A stretch of 64,000 nt of DNA, taken from positions 615,740 to 679,739 of the forward strand of contig NMRA01000187.1 in assembly GCA_002633005.1 (NCBI GenBank). Reading direction: 5' to 3'. How positions within the stretch are numbered: the stretch's first letter is position 1; every line of letters starts with the position of its first letter. The DNA is from Phoronis australis (taxonomy: Eukaryota; Animalia; Phoronida). A program made the translations under genes and the position numbers. The notes below the pieces were generated by a model. It saw nothing but the letters and a program-made list of their open reading frames with translations, was not told the origin of the DNA and made no database searches. Positions 10,562 through 24,494 of the stretch are shown piece by piece.

Positions 10562-12482
10562 TATACGCCACCACCTCAGAGCGATTTTAGGAAGCCAAAG
10601 TCCATTTGAAAAAGATGTTCAAGATGAAATCTCAAAGTCTTGTTGCAGTTTTCTGAATTATTATTTTGTTTTCATTTTAAGCAACTTTAGCTTTTGTTCA
10701 TGAAAATCACAGACTTCTTATTTTTGATAGCCCCTCGTGCGAAAGTGGAGCAGTTCGAAAAACAATTTCTAACCTCGTATCGGAGTGCAGAGGTTAGGGC
10801 AAGCGTCTCATATGAGACCTATCAGCCTATTCTGAGATATGTGTTCCGAAGTTAGCCAAATTTGGACATTTTTCTAGGACTCAGGACCTTATATTTAAAC
10901 CTGCATATTTATCCAAATATCTACAAAACTATACATTTTAACTCAGTAATTTCTTAAAGTAGAAAGTCTGTAGAATTTCACTGACGACTTTTTATGAACG
11001 TGCATCAATTGGATTGGGTCATGTAACTAAATAAATAAAGTTTAGAAAATAAAGAAAGTAAAACAACAGTAAAAAATGATCAATTTTCTTTTGATAGCGA
11101 GATTAAATATCGAAAACCCTGTTACGTTTTTCTAAGTTATCATTTCATTTTCGCTTTATGCAAATGAGGATTTTTTCATGAAAATCATAAAAGTCATTAT
11201 ACTCTTATATGGCCCGCCATGATAAAGTGAAACATTTCAAAAACATTCCCTAACCAAACAAAGCACATTGCAGTGAAAGTTTCACTTGAATTCGATTAGC
11301 CATTTATGAGATATGATGTTGCGAAGTTATCCATATTTGTATATTATTCTAGGTTCGTCATAACCTTAATTAGTATGACTTTGCATAGCGCAGTTTAAAG
11401 CTATGACGCTACTCAAAATGCATAGCGGATGCACCGTAGATGGACTGCATTCATTACGAACAATTTCATTGCATCAATTTCAGGCAAAAATGTGCAACAA
11501 GCTAACGTTCGGCGGCACCCACTTCTCACATTTTTGAATATAAAAACAACTGGCAATTGGAGATTAAACATGCCAAATAATTTTCCACAAATTTCAACAG
11601 TACAGCCAGGACGCCCAACACCGAGAAAGAACGAAAATTGGCAGTGGTGTATGATAAGGATAAATACGGTTAAGTTCCGTCACTGATGACGTAGTGACTG
11701 AAACAAAACCCAGAATTAGCAACGCAGTAGTTTTGAGCGTCTCTTGGTTGCTCGACGTCCATGACAACGCAGATTAACGGCTTAAAAGGGTTTAATAGAT
11801 CTCGCCGTATATCATTCGATGGCGGCAGGAGACCATAGTTAAATGATTTGCAAAATATGATAAACTGCTCGTGTTCCGTTGCATGACAACTGCATGTGAA
11901 CTTGTAGGACACGATAACGATTTCTGAGTGAACTGTAAGCTAATTTGTTAAGGATGTATAGTGCCCTAGAATGTCGAAATTTGCCTAACATAATGTCTTA
12001 GAAATAAATGCCCGATCGGACTCATATGAAACGTTTAGATACTATGCTTTTTGAGGGACTGGCTACCAAAATAACAGTCCTTTGTGATTTTCACATAAAA
12101 ACTCGAAACTCCCGGAAACGAAAACGGAGTGATAATTTAAAAAGATGTGACATCTCTTTTAAGATTTCGGAAAGTGTATTTCCGAAACTGTCATATTACT
12201 GTTGTAGTACGCTGTTTCGCTGTCAGTGAACCTTTCTCTTTTGCTAAAATGTATTTTAAAAAGACACGGTAACGTGACCCAATTGAGCGTAGACTGGCAA
12301 AAAGCCAGAAATCAAATTCTACAGGCCTTCTGCTTTTAGAAAATATGTACTTTCACTGAGTTGAAATCTGTATTTTTGTAGATATTTGAATAGGCACACA
12401 AGCTTGTTGATACGCTCATACATCACCTAAATTTGAGACTGGCATCACTTCAATACGTGTAAACGTAAGTGCAAGCCTGTAA

Positions 12483-12580
12483 CTAGGGAACACTTTCGAC
12501 ATTGACCCACGCGAAAGCAGGAGACCTCTGAGGAGAATTTCGCCCCCCGGGGGTTCGTTTGTCTAGAGTTGTTTCCCTAG
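12483..12580. repeat. Short hairpin or MITE-like element
   Basis: CTAGGGAACACTTTCGACA pairs imperfectly with TGTCTAGAGTTGTTTCCCTAG. Confidence 0.5.
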
Positions 12581-14649
12581 AGTGGGTGACTTTCTTGCCA
12601 AGAAGCGTAGCAAAACTGAACAAATCTTTCGTGGGCCAGGACTTGTCGTACTGTCTGGCAACTGACAAGTACTAATTCATTGCAAGGTCGCATAACAAAT
12701 AGCTGATAGAGGGTGACAGCGTAGATGGTTAACCTCGGAGTGTATTTGCTGTTTTTACTCCGATGTTTCTACTTATAACTGGCACAAACATGCGGGTACT
12801 TAGGTCAAGTTCAATGGCAAGAATTAACGGCTACTATACTACCATGTAGGTAGGTGTCCGTATCAAATCAATCACTCTGACAGTTAAATGTTAAATCTTC
12901 ACCTCAGCCCACTGGTTACTCCAAGCAGGTCTGCCGCGTGCATTAACAAGAAAATATGTGAATGATAAATTCCTATAACTCACTCAGCTGACCCAAAACT
13001 GACCTGAACATTCCCATATGGGATGATTTCAATGAGTTAACTTCCAGTGACGAACGGCACGCGCTGATGACGGAGCACAAGGCACAGCAGATAATTGCCT
13101 GGAATTCACCCTTGGTTATACACCATTCACTGTTACGCGATGAGGACCCGACCTTTAGGAGCGGTACTACGCCGAGGAATACACGTTTTGTCCACCTCCA
13201 ATTTTAATAGCTTTTGTAGCGTTCATTTTGCTTGAGGCAGCCGTTTAGTGAGAAAGAGCGCAAAGGAGGTCAAACGTCTCAGTTTGAACTAGTTTAATCG
13301 TTTTATTTGCATTGTGATCTATATCATACATCTGTGATTTTTGTTGATTTTGAGTAGCCTTCGCCTGTGGCTGTCACTTGGTAGGCATTCCTTCCAGGCT
13401 ACTCAAACTTGGTTCCCAGCCCGAACAAAGCACAATGCCGCGATTTGAATTTTGGGGAAGTCAAGCACGGAGTACTTCGTCTTCTAAAAATTGACTCAGC
13501 ATTCCACATATTTTTGTGAATTAATCAATTCAAGGTATTTCTAAATACGAATTGTTTTTTTTTTCAAGCAACAACTCGATCGTATTGGTTTAGCGCGGCA
13601 TTGACAAAACAAAAAACAATGAACCATCTCACAAAACCTGCAAAACTTTAGTGAATTAAGATTGATCATCCAGCTAACGACTGTCGTCCTTAAAAGCACT
13701 GTAGTACAGTACTGCTAAGAATGACGGCCAATTTCAAGTTTACTGTTGCTCTTTAGTCGATAGGCCATCTTTTTGCAAAACTATCGGCCGCTGTTTTCCT
13801 TCACAGCTCCACCCCGAACTGAGTTTGCGTCACTTGACCCTGCCAGCATAGGTGGCGCTCGTTCTTGAAAAGCCTTCAGGTGATTTTCGAAAATGCTGGC
13901 AGGCGTTTTAAACCTATTGACAATATTTTAAATCTTGAATAATTTACCCTGGTTTTTAAACAAAATTACAGTTTTAATTGTTTGCCGCTTTGACATTCCA
14001 TACTGGGAAGAGAGTTTTTTAATAGTTCAGTCGATATCGCCGTTTTTAACTCATATCTACGAGACACTGTCGGTGACGTTGTCGCCCAGAGAACACTCGT
14101 TTGTAATCATGTAACATTCGACATTGTTTGACCCTTTTATAGATATGGATTGCCAAAAGCCTATTACATAATTTTCACTTGTCGTCTCCTGTGGTTGTTA
14201 TAAATATTTTGAATCTGCGTATCCCCGCTATGACCCGCCGGTGAATACTGCTCACTCTTCAAGTCACTTTGATGGCTTCAGAGTGAAGGTCTACAAATAT
14301 GCTTAAGTCCTTTGGATTCATTGTAATCGACCTAATCCCACCCCTTCTTTGCCAAAGACCCTTCGGTCTCATGTCACAAGTCTGTCAGGATGAGAGAACT
14401 CATGCTTGTGAACAATAGTGTCTCACAGTCATTACATTTTCAAGTATGTAAGAGACAGTTTGCAGTTTGGTTTCAACTAAATGCTTCCCGCGTGTCCTTT
14501 CTGACTTCTCATAATATTTTCTTAATCGAACTCTCTCCCTTAACAAGCACACTCGCACTTTTTATTTGTGTAAACAAGTGTGCGTTGCGTAGACGTGAGA
14601 ATCTCGCAAAAACGCAAGATTTCTTTTAGAAGGAAACATGCTTTAGCTA

Positions 14650-14992
14650 AGGGCTAATACAGCATGGTCCTCAACAGGTTCTCATTCACTCCCTTGCACA
14701 CATTCACAAGTAAGACCGAGCTCAGAGGAATAGGTGACATCTTTGTGCAATGCTCGAATGTCAGCCAGTGAAGCCTGGATTTGAACCCAGCCTCCCGTTC
14801 AGTAACGCTAGGACCTCGCTAAAAAGCAAGACTTCGCGAGATTACGTGAGATATTGCCGTGCGTTTTAAATGAGAACACGTGACTTTGACTAGGTTTTAG
14901 CTAGGTCCTAGCGTAGGTCCTAGCGTCTACTGAACGCACACCAGGTCTCTCATGCGGGAGTCCGGAACTCTAACCACTAAGCCACAATGTCT
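14650..14992 (-). mobile_element. tRNA-derived SINE interrupted by a MITE
   Basis: Minus-strand A box TGGCTTAGTGG (14974-14984) and B box GGTTCAAATCC (14777-14787). Spacing becomes tRNA-like once the insert is removed. 3' boundary approximate. Confidence 0.65.
14791..14941. mobile_element. Harbinger/PIF-like MITE with 3-bp TSD CAG
   Basis: Inverted ends CGTTCAGTAACGCTAGGACC / GGTCCTAGCGTCTACTGAACG, flanked by CAG...CAG. Confidence 0.8.
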
Positions 14993-16740
14993 TCTCTGAT
15001 CACGCAACGAGACTTCGGGCGATATCGCCACACTTAGCTTCCTTGCGAGATTGTTGCGTCTGTCAAATTCAACCCAGTTCACCTAAACAATGACCAAGTC
15101 TTTACTCATTTGTTGATTTATTTCAATGCATGTCTTTTGATTTTAAACAATTCGCAAAACTCCTTGCATTTTAAAAAGGACTGGCCCCTCTCGTTTTCCT
15201 TCCTTCTTGGCACTTCCCCTCTCAAAAGTCGCACTTCGCGTGCCTTAAACGCTGACCTTTCATGAAAAACTGTAGTCAAGTGCATGAATGGTGAAGGAGA
15301 CACATCAAAATTTGGACAAGTAATGATAAGAACACAAATATACAGCGCTACTTAACTGTACATTTTACGTGCTCATGGCGAAACTTACCTTTGGCCAGCT
15401 ATTACAGGTCGCAGGCATCCAGTTTATTGATTAAACACCGTCAAGCAATATTATCGAATATCTTCAACAGAAAATGACAACTGAAATTGTTTGATAGAAA
15501 AGGTATTCACCTGCCGACGCTAAAAAAACATTTCCGGACAGAAAGAACTTATAGCACACTGCCTACCTATACTAACCGATCGACAGCACGTAATTGTCAT
15601 TGGGGGCAATGACAATATAACTGTCAATACCTCGGGCAAATGATCAATAGTATTAGAGTAATTGAACAAGGAATAATCGGCCTCACTAGGCTCAAGAGAA
15701 CAAAGTTGCAGTTGTCTTTAAGACGATAACATCTCTAATATTTCGAGGAAGGGCATGAATATTTTATTTTTATTTTTGAAATATTGAAGTGACGAGGCAA
15801 CGTTTGGACTGCACTTGCGTATTTTCGTCCAGGACCAATTAACGGTTACATCGCTATACGTGTACATGGAAGTCATACGGGCAGACGTCCTAGTACGGGT
15901 CGCTTTAGATCGCGCGCATAAATGGACTGCTGGCGTCGACATCATGTCCAAACACATGGGCCTACGTTTTCAGAATTTCCTCGTCGGTGTTTATTGTAGT
16001 GTAATCAAATCGGACATGTTTGTGTCGACAGAGTATTTCCGCTGTGCTTACTTTTTTCAATTACTACTGTATAATTTTCAACTCCACTTTAATAAAAAAT
16101 ATGCGATCTATGATTTCAATGCAGGTCCCTCCCCACACTTTATCAAAGGTTGGATTTTTATGTTATAATACTTAGCAGGTTGGCATTGCTACTCATTCAC
16201 AACTTTATAGTGTTTGTATATCGTAACAATCAATAACATCCCAAAAGAGATTTTGCGGAAATGTTATATATACAGCTGTACTGTCAATTAAGAGAAAGTT
16301 TTACTTTGATTAAGGCAATGCCGTAACTATGGCAACAGCGATATGGCAATTTAATCAACGCAGTGAGGAAATATATGCAATGCGTGTCATTTTCTACATT
16401 TTACACATTTTGTGCTGTTAAGTGTGGACACCTCCTGTGCTTATGTGGTTTTTCGATCGGGTAGCGTTCACTTCACAAACAGAAATGGTAAACTTTTCAG
16501 TTCATTATTGGAATTAAATATGCCATTTTGAGTTAATTGAGATTGTGATTGGAGAAAACTACTTGGGCAAAATAGATACATATCGATGGCTGAATGCACT
16601 GTTTATGAGAGTGAACTGGGCTTCTTGTGAACAAAGAAAGCAATGTTTGAGGAACAATTTACGAACAATTACTGGATGCAAGTCGTATTTTGTATTAAAG
16701 GTGTGTTTCTTCCACGACCTGAAGCCAAATGACGTCTGAC

Positions 16741-16946
16741 CAGTGCTGTAGTGGTAAAATTAGAGGTAAGTAGGCGCCCAAAGCCCACCGTATCACTTTG
16801 AGCACTGAACGTAACTTACGGTGCGTAGGCGCTACGGTCAAATGGCAAAAGGTAGTTGGCTGCGCCTACGTGCGCCTACGTGTGCCTACGTGCGCCTACG
16901 TGCGCCTACGTGCGCCTACGTGCGCCTACGTCCCACTACAGCCCTG
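16741..16946. mobile_element. hAT-like MITE with an internal 10-bp tandem array
   Basis: TIR CAGTGCTGTAGTGG/CCACTACAGCCCTG, flanks CGTCTGAC/TTTCTGAC, (TGCGCCTACG)x7 at 16861-16930. Second copy at 34335-34486. Confidence 0.82.
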
Positions 16947-19900
16947 TTTCTGACACGTTACAAAGTCGTACAAAACACGTCCGCTCAAACCTCTCTGTGT
17001 CATGATAACATCCTCAATCATGAAGTCATCGTCAAGTAAAACGTGTCAAAAAGTCACTAATACTTGACAAAAGTTGGCGAACTCTTCCAAAGTTAGTCTT
17101 TAGCTGCTCCAAGACAATCACAAGCGACTTTTTATTCTTTTACGGCAGAGGCCTATGCTGCCGTGTCAAAAAAGGTTTCAGACCGGAGACTCGGAGTGCA
17201 ATCGACCTATTTCATGAGATTCATCTTTTAGCCTCTAAGCAAGAATTACGTCTCCCTTATCCGCGCCGATTGGACCAGAATGCATGCATCACTAGCGCGT
17301 ATGCATAGAGTGGGCTGTTGCATGAACTGAGAATGGATAAGAATCAGAATTACAGGGTTAACTATATTATTCCGAATTTATACTTGCATAAAGCAACTAC
17401 CTATTAAAACAAGTATTAGAAGCAGTGAAAAAATTGTGTCTTACCCATGATGGTACCAGAATGCCAATTATATCCGTTTATTGGGGAAACGACATATGTC
17501 ATCGAAAATCAATTACAAAGTGTCTCACCGTCGGTATCCACTGTGTCAAATAGTCAAATATTTGTTGTAACCAAAGAGATATCTAAAATCCAACAAATGT
17601 GACAACGGAATAAAGAAATTAAATAAAAGCTTTTATTGGCGTCTACTGGTGAATTGAGCTTTATTGTAATCGTAAGCAAACTCTTTGTCATCCATAGGTA
17701 AATAAAGTGAGCGGATTTAGACGGCGAAATGGTAACTCGCGTCTATTTTTATTAATCCGTTTATTGTCGTTTAACACATTTCATGTTTGGATGTTTAACT
17801 GCCATTACAGTATGAGTGACAGAGGCGTTTCAAATTTCTACGATGTGCTATTAGTTTTGGGTAGAGTTTTTAAGTGCGTGTACACGTAACTAAGCACGAA
17901 TATGGTCAACCATACAAAAAACTGTCAAAAACCACCCTCTGCTCTGACTTTCTGTCAAATTGTTTCAGCAAGCTCTTATGCAAAAACCGATTTTATGTTA
18001 TGTCCCCGCCAAGTTATGTACGAACCTAGAAAATTTCCAATTTTGACTAACTTCAGAACACAATGTCTCAGAAGTAACTCAGGTCGGATTCATGCATGCA
18101 TGTGAATCTTTATAATATTATGTTCATTGGTTGTTCTCTGGTGCTCTGCTAAAAGTTGTTTTTAAAAAGCTCCAGTTTTGCACGGGGAGCCATAACAAAT
18201 ATAAAATTTCAGTCGAAATGATAATTTAAAAAACTGTAACAATTTTTGAGATTTCATAATGAACATTTAATATGTCATAGAAATTTGGCCATGATATTGA
18301 TACTGTTGTACCTGTCTTTTGTGCTGAATTCTAAAGAAGCCTGGAACGCGATAAAGAAACTAAATTGTAAATTGAAAGTCATTCTGTGCCACTGACAGAA
18401 ACAAAATTCAACCTGCTCACCAAGTATTTTTAGGGTTTGTTCGTCACTAATTGTCAATTTCTGTTGATATCTAAGCATTTTCTTTTATTTTCAAGACAAC
18501 TGCTCGCCACTTCGTCGATTTTTCTCCCACAAGGCAAAGCACGTCCCCTTATTTGGTACGGCAAGCCATAGATGTAGCACATTTCGCTTATATGGAAAAT
18601 GTGACATTTGACCTCAAGCGACTTCAACCAACTAACTATGAGCGCATGCGCACATTTATCATAGGAGGGAGATCAGAAACCCTGTGGTAACCACAGTTTC
18701 TCCCTTTTCAAAAATTGTGTGAATTTTGTGATTTTTTCCGAAAATTTCTTCACAGGGGAAAATGAATTACTCCGTACTAAACGTTGCGAGACGGTATTTT
18801 CGACAGGAATTGTTTAAATGTCTTTTTTACAAAAATACGTAGTCACGTGACTTGATTAATGACAGATGAATATCGAAAAAGTCCAAATCAAATTCTACAG
18901 GCTTTCCATTTTAAGAAAATACATACTTTTAATAAGTTGATATAAGTCTATACACATATATGTATATATAAATACCTGTATAAATATTAGGCTGAATACA
19001 CGTCATATCGATCAGGTACCACATGTACAGCAAAAAGAATTCCAAGCTTTCCAGTGAATTTTTCCATTATCGTGCTCGGTCGTAATTATAGAGTACTTCC
19101 CCGGTTGGTGGCTTGGTGGTAAGAGAATGGCCCAGTCTTACGATCAGTTACATAAAAAAGCTCAATAGCTCAAGCAAAGATACTGGCTCAGGCAAAAGAT
19201 AGCTGCACCGATTATAAGACCAAATGATAAAACGCGGAGATTTACCTCAGAATAGACACAAAATACACCCTCACTTATCTCGCGGAACGGATGTCCTTTA
19301 TGCTATTAGAAAACGTCTACATCGCGCAGCCAACAACTAGGCATATACACGGATAATCCGACAAATTTCTCCTCAAAAATTCCATGGGAATGTTTTAAAA
19401 ACCGCTTACACTCGTTTGTGTCACGTTTGGAAGTCTCAAGCGCTGTACCCCCAAGAATAGTGTTTGGTGTTTTTGCTCAATGTTATGTTTCACTTAATGT
19501 TATGTTTCACTTACCTAAGTTATTGTTTTATAGTTAAAAGCCTGTATATAATGGTTCGCTTTCTGGGCTAAATATTTGTATTTAATGTATTGTCATTTGT
19601 AGCAATATAAAACTCCCAGGAATCAGGTGGGCAAACGAAAATTCTATCTCTTACGAAGTTTCGTGAACAACTGACACGAGTTAACAATATAATATGCTGA
19701 TTCAAAATCACTTATTTGTGTAGTCACCAAATGCCCTTGTATGAAGCACGGCAGAGCTTCTCGAACTCATGCTACGGTTGCTAATTTCACAAATGCGTGG
19801 TTAATTAATACGACCTGTCGCTAAAAACAAAGCATTGATACGCAGAGCGTCCCAAAAAGTTCAAAGTTAGCAAACTGAAACTAATGGGGCGTTTTTCTTA

Positions 19901-21817
19901 CTCCAAGAGTTTCAAACTTGTTCAAAATTACACGTAGAACTTTTAGAAAAGATTGCAAACTTTTCGTGTGACCAACCTCAACCAATTGTGCAGTTACAGC
20001 GCAAATTTCACAGATTTTTCAAAAAGCAAGAGACTGGTCCACACGACTCTGCGTTTTTCAAAAAAACCCGAAAATTTCGCAACTTGTAGTGATTTTTCAT
20101 GAACTTAACTACTACACACTTCACGAATCACGTTAATGGATTGTGTACAAATGGATATTTCTTACACACATAGATAGGTGGCGCTTACCATAGTTACATT
20201 GTACGGTTGCGAAGTCGTCAACAGATTTTTTACGATGTGTGTTTGATAATATTTCACTGAAACTGTAACCATTTAAAGTGACATTATCGAAATGGGTCCT
20301 GGGTAAGCAAATGAGTTATGCATCATTTTGCAGCGCAATATCTGCTGGACCCTGCATCCACAAGTTACGTCACGTCACCCCATTGATCATGACATGCCAG
20401 CAGACTGGTTCGTGAAAAGTGACTTAAGACGTAAGTCAGAAATTTCTGTGAAACCATTTCGGTATTTATATTTCACCGGTATTTATATTTCAGTGTCTCA
20501 CCCTAAAAGCCTGTGTGGCTCGATCGTTCGTGGTGCTCCCCGTTGAGCTGCAGTGCCATCTTTTGTTAATTTTCGAAAACGTTTTCAAGCGACAAATTCA
20601 AGGAATACAGTCCACTACTACGGCATATCTTTTTTCAACATGTTAATGTTTATTGTCATAGGTCACTCAGGTATCACATTGTTTTACTGTCAAATAAACT
20701 TTTATTTCGTTGATTTAAATGTTTAATAAACAGCACGGTGGGTGAATGTTTGCTGCCCAGCAAAATTTTAAAACCAAGCGGAAATGGCCAACCATCGTTT
20801 CCCAGAGTAACGTATATGCGCGTACTCAAGCCCATGACAATTATTCACGAAAAAACATGTTCAGCTATTCCGCATATTGATGCATGCACCCACGCTTCGC
20901 TAATAGGTACAAAAGGTTATCCCAAGTTGTCTTTTTATTTATTTCATGAGCATAAGTCCATACAAAAATAACATTACTGCCCAGAAATCAAACGATCATC
21001 ATCATATCTATCCCTTATAGATATGCACATCCTTAATTTTGATGTTCTGTGTCTCCTTATTGACCAATCTTGGTTCTATATATTTTACTAACTGACATTA
21101 AACGGGATATACCCAACATCTAACGTATTATGACGGATAAGTCAAGTTTCACGCGCATGCTGCATGATTTTCAAAACCTCTTCCTCGGTATTTGCTTGAA
21201 AGTTTCGCGCGTTGTCACACTCGCCTACTTCTACATGTACATGGAAGCATAGACTTTGTACAGGCGTCGGATTGGTCGGAGACATTTTAAGAAAAATTAC
21301 ACCAGCGGATATTTTACAAATTTCGTGAACACGTTCATAGGAGATGAAACTTCGTATATCATCGTGAATCATTGTTTCGAAATCTAGTCATGTCTAATCT
21401 GGAGACAACTAGAACAAAACGACTTGCACGCACGTATACTTTCAGCTTTGATTAGTTTATTTCCATATAATCTCTTTGTCCGTTTTACGAAAGTCAAAAA
21501 AGCATGCGCAGAAATTTGTAAGAAGAGGAATAAGAAGTGCACTGGCGGATCCAGTTGGATATTGCAAGGGGGGTTTACAATAACAATGAAATTAATTGAG
21601 AGAAAAGTACTGAAAATAGAGAGCATAAAACATATCCGGCATCCGCATGCACTCTAAGGGCGACTTCCCGCGCCTATTTTAAGAAAGGCTTAGGCGCATA
21701 CGCCTACTTAGAAAACTCTTGGTCGAAACATTTTTTGAAAAATTGCACAATTCACGGTATATAAACGTATTTTTGAACGTAAGTGTGTATATGTATCACT
21801 ATTTATGTTTGTTCGTA

Positions 21818-21820
<3 letters not shown>

Positions 21821-21883
<63 letters not shown>

Positions 21884-21887
21884 TGTG
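21821..21887. repeat. (GT)n microsatellite
   Basis: Directly visible. Explains the HT-repeat and CV-repeat ORFs. Confidence 0.98.
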
Positions 21888-22477
21888 GTTGTACTGCCCA
21901 TACACAGGTAGGCCTATATGAGACGGTGGTTGACCCGGCCCAGTTGTTCGTGACGCTTACTGTTTTTATTTAGCTGTGTGGATCGCCTGGGATTTATGCG
22001 GGTTTTGGCCGACTGGGCGTTGACACTTATGGTGGAGTGAACGAAAGCAGATCAGCACGTGTTTATAAAACTGTCATCGAAGAAAACATAGTACCTCGTG
22101 TATTAACTGAGAAACAACATACTATCTGGGTTATTTCTTGCGGGACTTCTGTGAACATGCACGTGTGTTATAAACCAGTTTTTGCTAAGCCACATCGATA
22201 CACGCCAATTGCGCATTTTCGACTGGTAAGCTGGCACATCGTATGTGCAACAGTTGAACTAATGGCTTTTTGGTGTTGAATCGTGCAGACGACCCTTGCC
22301 TGACGTTTGTCTTTATTCTGACACGATTATTTTCATGCATTCCTTTAGCCATCGTTTATTAGGTTTTCTTAATCGCGTCGAAACGGTTATGCGGTCAGGC
22401 TGACGATGTTAACACTTATTGAGCTTACCCGTAATAACAGAAGCCATTTTTGGTTTAGATAATGCAGAATACACCTG

Positions 22478-22628
22478 GCGTGCGTTCAGCAAACGCTAGG
22501 ACCTACGCTAGGACCTAGCTAAAACCTAGTCAAAGTCATGTGTTCTCATTTAAAATACACGGCAATATCTCACGAAATCTCGCGAAGTCTTGCTTTTTAG
22601 CGAGGTCCTAGCGTTACTGAACGGGAGG
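22478..22628. mobile_element. Harbinger/PIF-like MITE with 3-bp TSD CTG
   Basis: Near-identical reverse complement of 14791-14941, flanked by CTG...CTG. Confidence 0.82.
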
Positions 22629-23011
22629 CTGGTTGTTGTTCTTACAGAATTTAAGAGGCAGTCTAATCAAAAACCAAGAATCAGTCTATACGTCAAAATT
22701 CACAACAACTTTATTTTTTGTACATGATTAAGTATTGGTCATATTAGCCGTCTCCATAATTGTGTGTTTTCAGCTATACATTCTAGTAAAATACATTCAA
22801 ACATGTCTACTTTGGCGTCCAATTTTGTTGCAAAATGAAGATACATGCCATAAAAAGAGAAATAACGGATGGAAATTCTTAAAAAGCGAAATTTTTTCTA
22901 CATCTCACCAAACCAAAACTCATGGGCTAAGTCTCAAAAATATCAGTGATTTTGGGTATAGACTCTACCTGTTGGTTTTTATATGGAGTCACTTTTAAAT
23001 ATTTTACCGTC

Positions 23012-23058
23012 NNNNNNNNNNNNNNNNNNNNNNNNNNNNNNNNNNNNNNNNNNNNNNN
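23012..23058. other. Assembly gap (47 N)
   Basis: Run of N. Confidence 1.
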
Positions 23059-23060
23059 AT

Positions 23061-23320
23061 CATACACATGCCTTCAATATGAGGGGGGGGGTCGAATTTT
23101 TGACGTTGTGGACCTTTTGATAACAAAAAGGCGGGCGAACTATTAAAAAAACTAAAAAAAAAAACGGGGACACCACTGTGAATTGCGCTTTTGTGCTTGT
23201 TTAGTGGACTTTTGTCTCATTTTCTCGGACTTTTTGTTTCTCAGAGGCGGACCTTTTCACCCACTTCGTCAAATGGGGGGCTAGTTCTAGCCCCCCGGGC
23301 CCCCCCTGGGTGCACGCAAG
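23061..23320. mobile_element. MITE, family C
   Basis: Shares GCCTTCAATATG.GGGGG and TTTAGTGGACTTTT.T.TCATTTTCTCGGACTTTTTG with 44358-44575 and, inverted, 47241-47470. Confidence 0.75.
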
Positions 23321-24150
23321 ATACATGTACATGTATGTCAATATCACGTCTAAACTAGCTTGAGCAACATAAAGACGAGCGACGTACACGTGAAATATGA
23401 TTGCTAAACAGGTGTTTGGGTGATTGATGGTTTTGTGCAAAATTTTATTCCGCTCATCACTGAATAATACATGCCTAGTGCCGTTGTTAAACAAAACAAA
23501 AATTCTGAGTACACATCGTATATGTAGTTATGACGGAACGTATTATAAAAAATACCTTCATTTTTTTACTTAGTTGTTGATGACAATTCATTGCACGATA
23601 AAACTAGTGTAAATTTAAGCCTGCTGAAAGGAGTTTTGCACGGAGACACGAGGTATTCTCGTTTAAAATTCCCAATCAAATGTACCCCTAATTGTCCTTA
23701 AGCTTTACTGACTCCTTGTTGGCAGATATTCAGAAAGGAAAAAAGGAAGCAAAGACCTCGAACTGAAAGTTCTGAGTTGTCAATCTAGATTAAAAATCTT
23801 AACACAGTCACGCAAAACTAATTTATGGCATCCTAATCCCCAAATGACGCGGCGGCCAATGTCTGAATTTGACATCATAGTTGGTCTTGCCGGATTTTCA
23901 CACCTCGACCTAATGACGTATACAAGATTATCAAATTTGGATCGAAGCTCTAGTTCAAAAACTCTACTTAACTCTATGAACGCAGATGTCAAGTATAATC
24001 AGGAAAAATAATCAAACAACAGAATTGGTCATACAACGTGATGGGAATCACAGACCTTCGGATGGGAAGGACGGATAAGAAATGTGAGGTACGAGAATGT
24101 CATGGAAACGGCGAACCCTTATTACTATTTTACTAAAAAGGCTCTCCACT

Positions 24151-24494
24151 TAGGCCCTGACTACTTTAAATTTTAAAACGCAACGTTTTCTCTACGGATA
24201 CAGCTTTCTACCACGCTCATCCACAGTCAACCAAATACGCAACTTTTGCGAAAACGCTGACGTCATGATCACATTAGCGTAATAACTATTGGTGTGGATG
24301 AGGGAAAATGCAAACATTTCGAAAACGCTGAAGTTACGATCCTATTAACGTATTCGTGTGGACGGGAATTTTTTTGAAAACGATACTAAAACGATACAGA
24401 GTGCAGACGGAGAGCTTTTTGCAAATGATATTTGTGGATAGGAGAATATTTTGAAACTGCAAAGAAAACGTGTAACGGTTTTGTGGACAGGATC
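24151..24494. mobile_element. Old Harbinger-like non-autonomous element
   Basis: Repeated GAAAACG and GTGTGGAC/TCCAC subterminal motifs in inverted arrangement. Ends are degenerate. Confidence 0.5.

Larger units (their letters stand above)
10200..12380. repeat. Cluster of degenerate fragments of a dispersed DNA-transposon-like family
   Basis: The motifs GCCTGTAGAATTTGA and CATGAAAATCACAGA..TATTTTGATAG recur at about 10285, 10700, 10965, 12070-12330 (inverted), 18890 and 62200-62430. Boundaries are approximate. Confidence 0.5.

Noticed and set aside
21708-21973. HT-repeat and CV-repeat ORFs
   Set aside because: They are translations of a (GT)n microsatellite.
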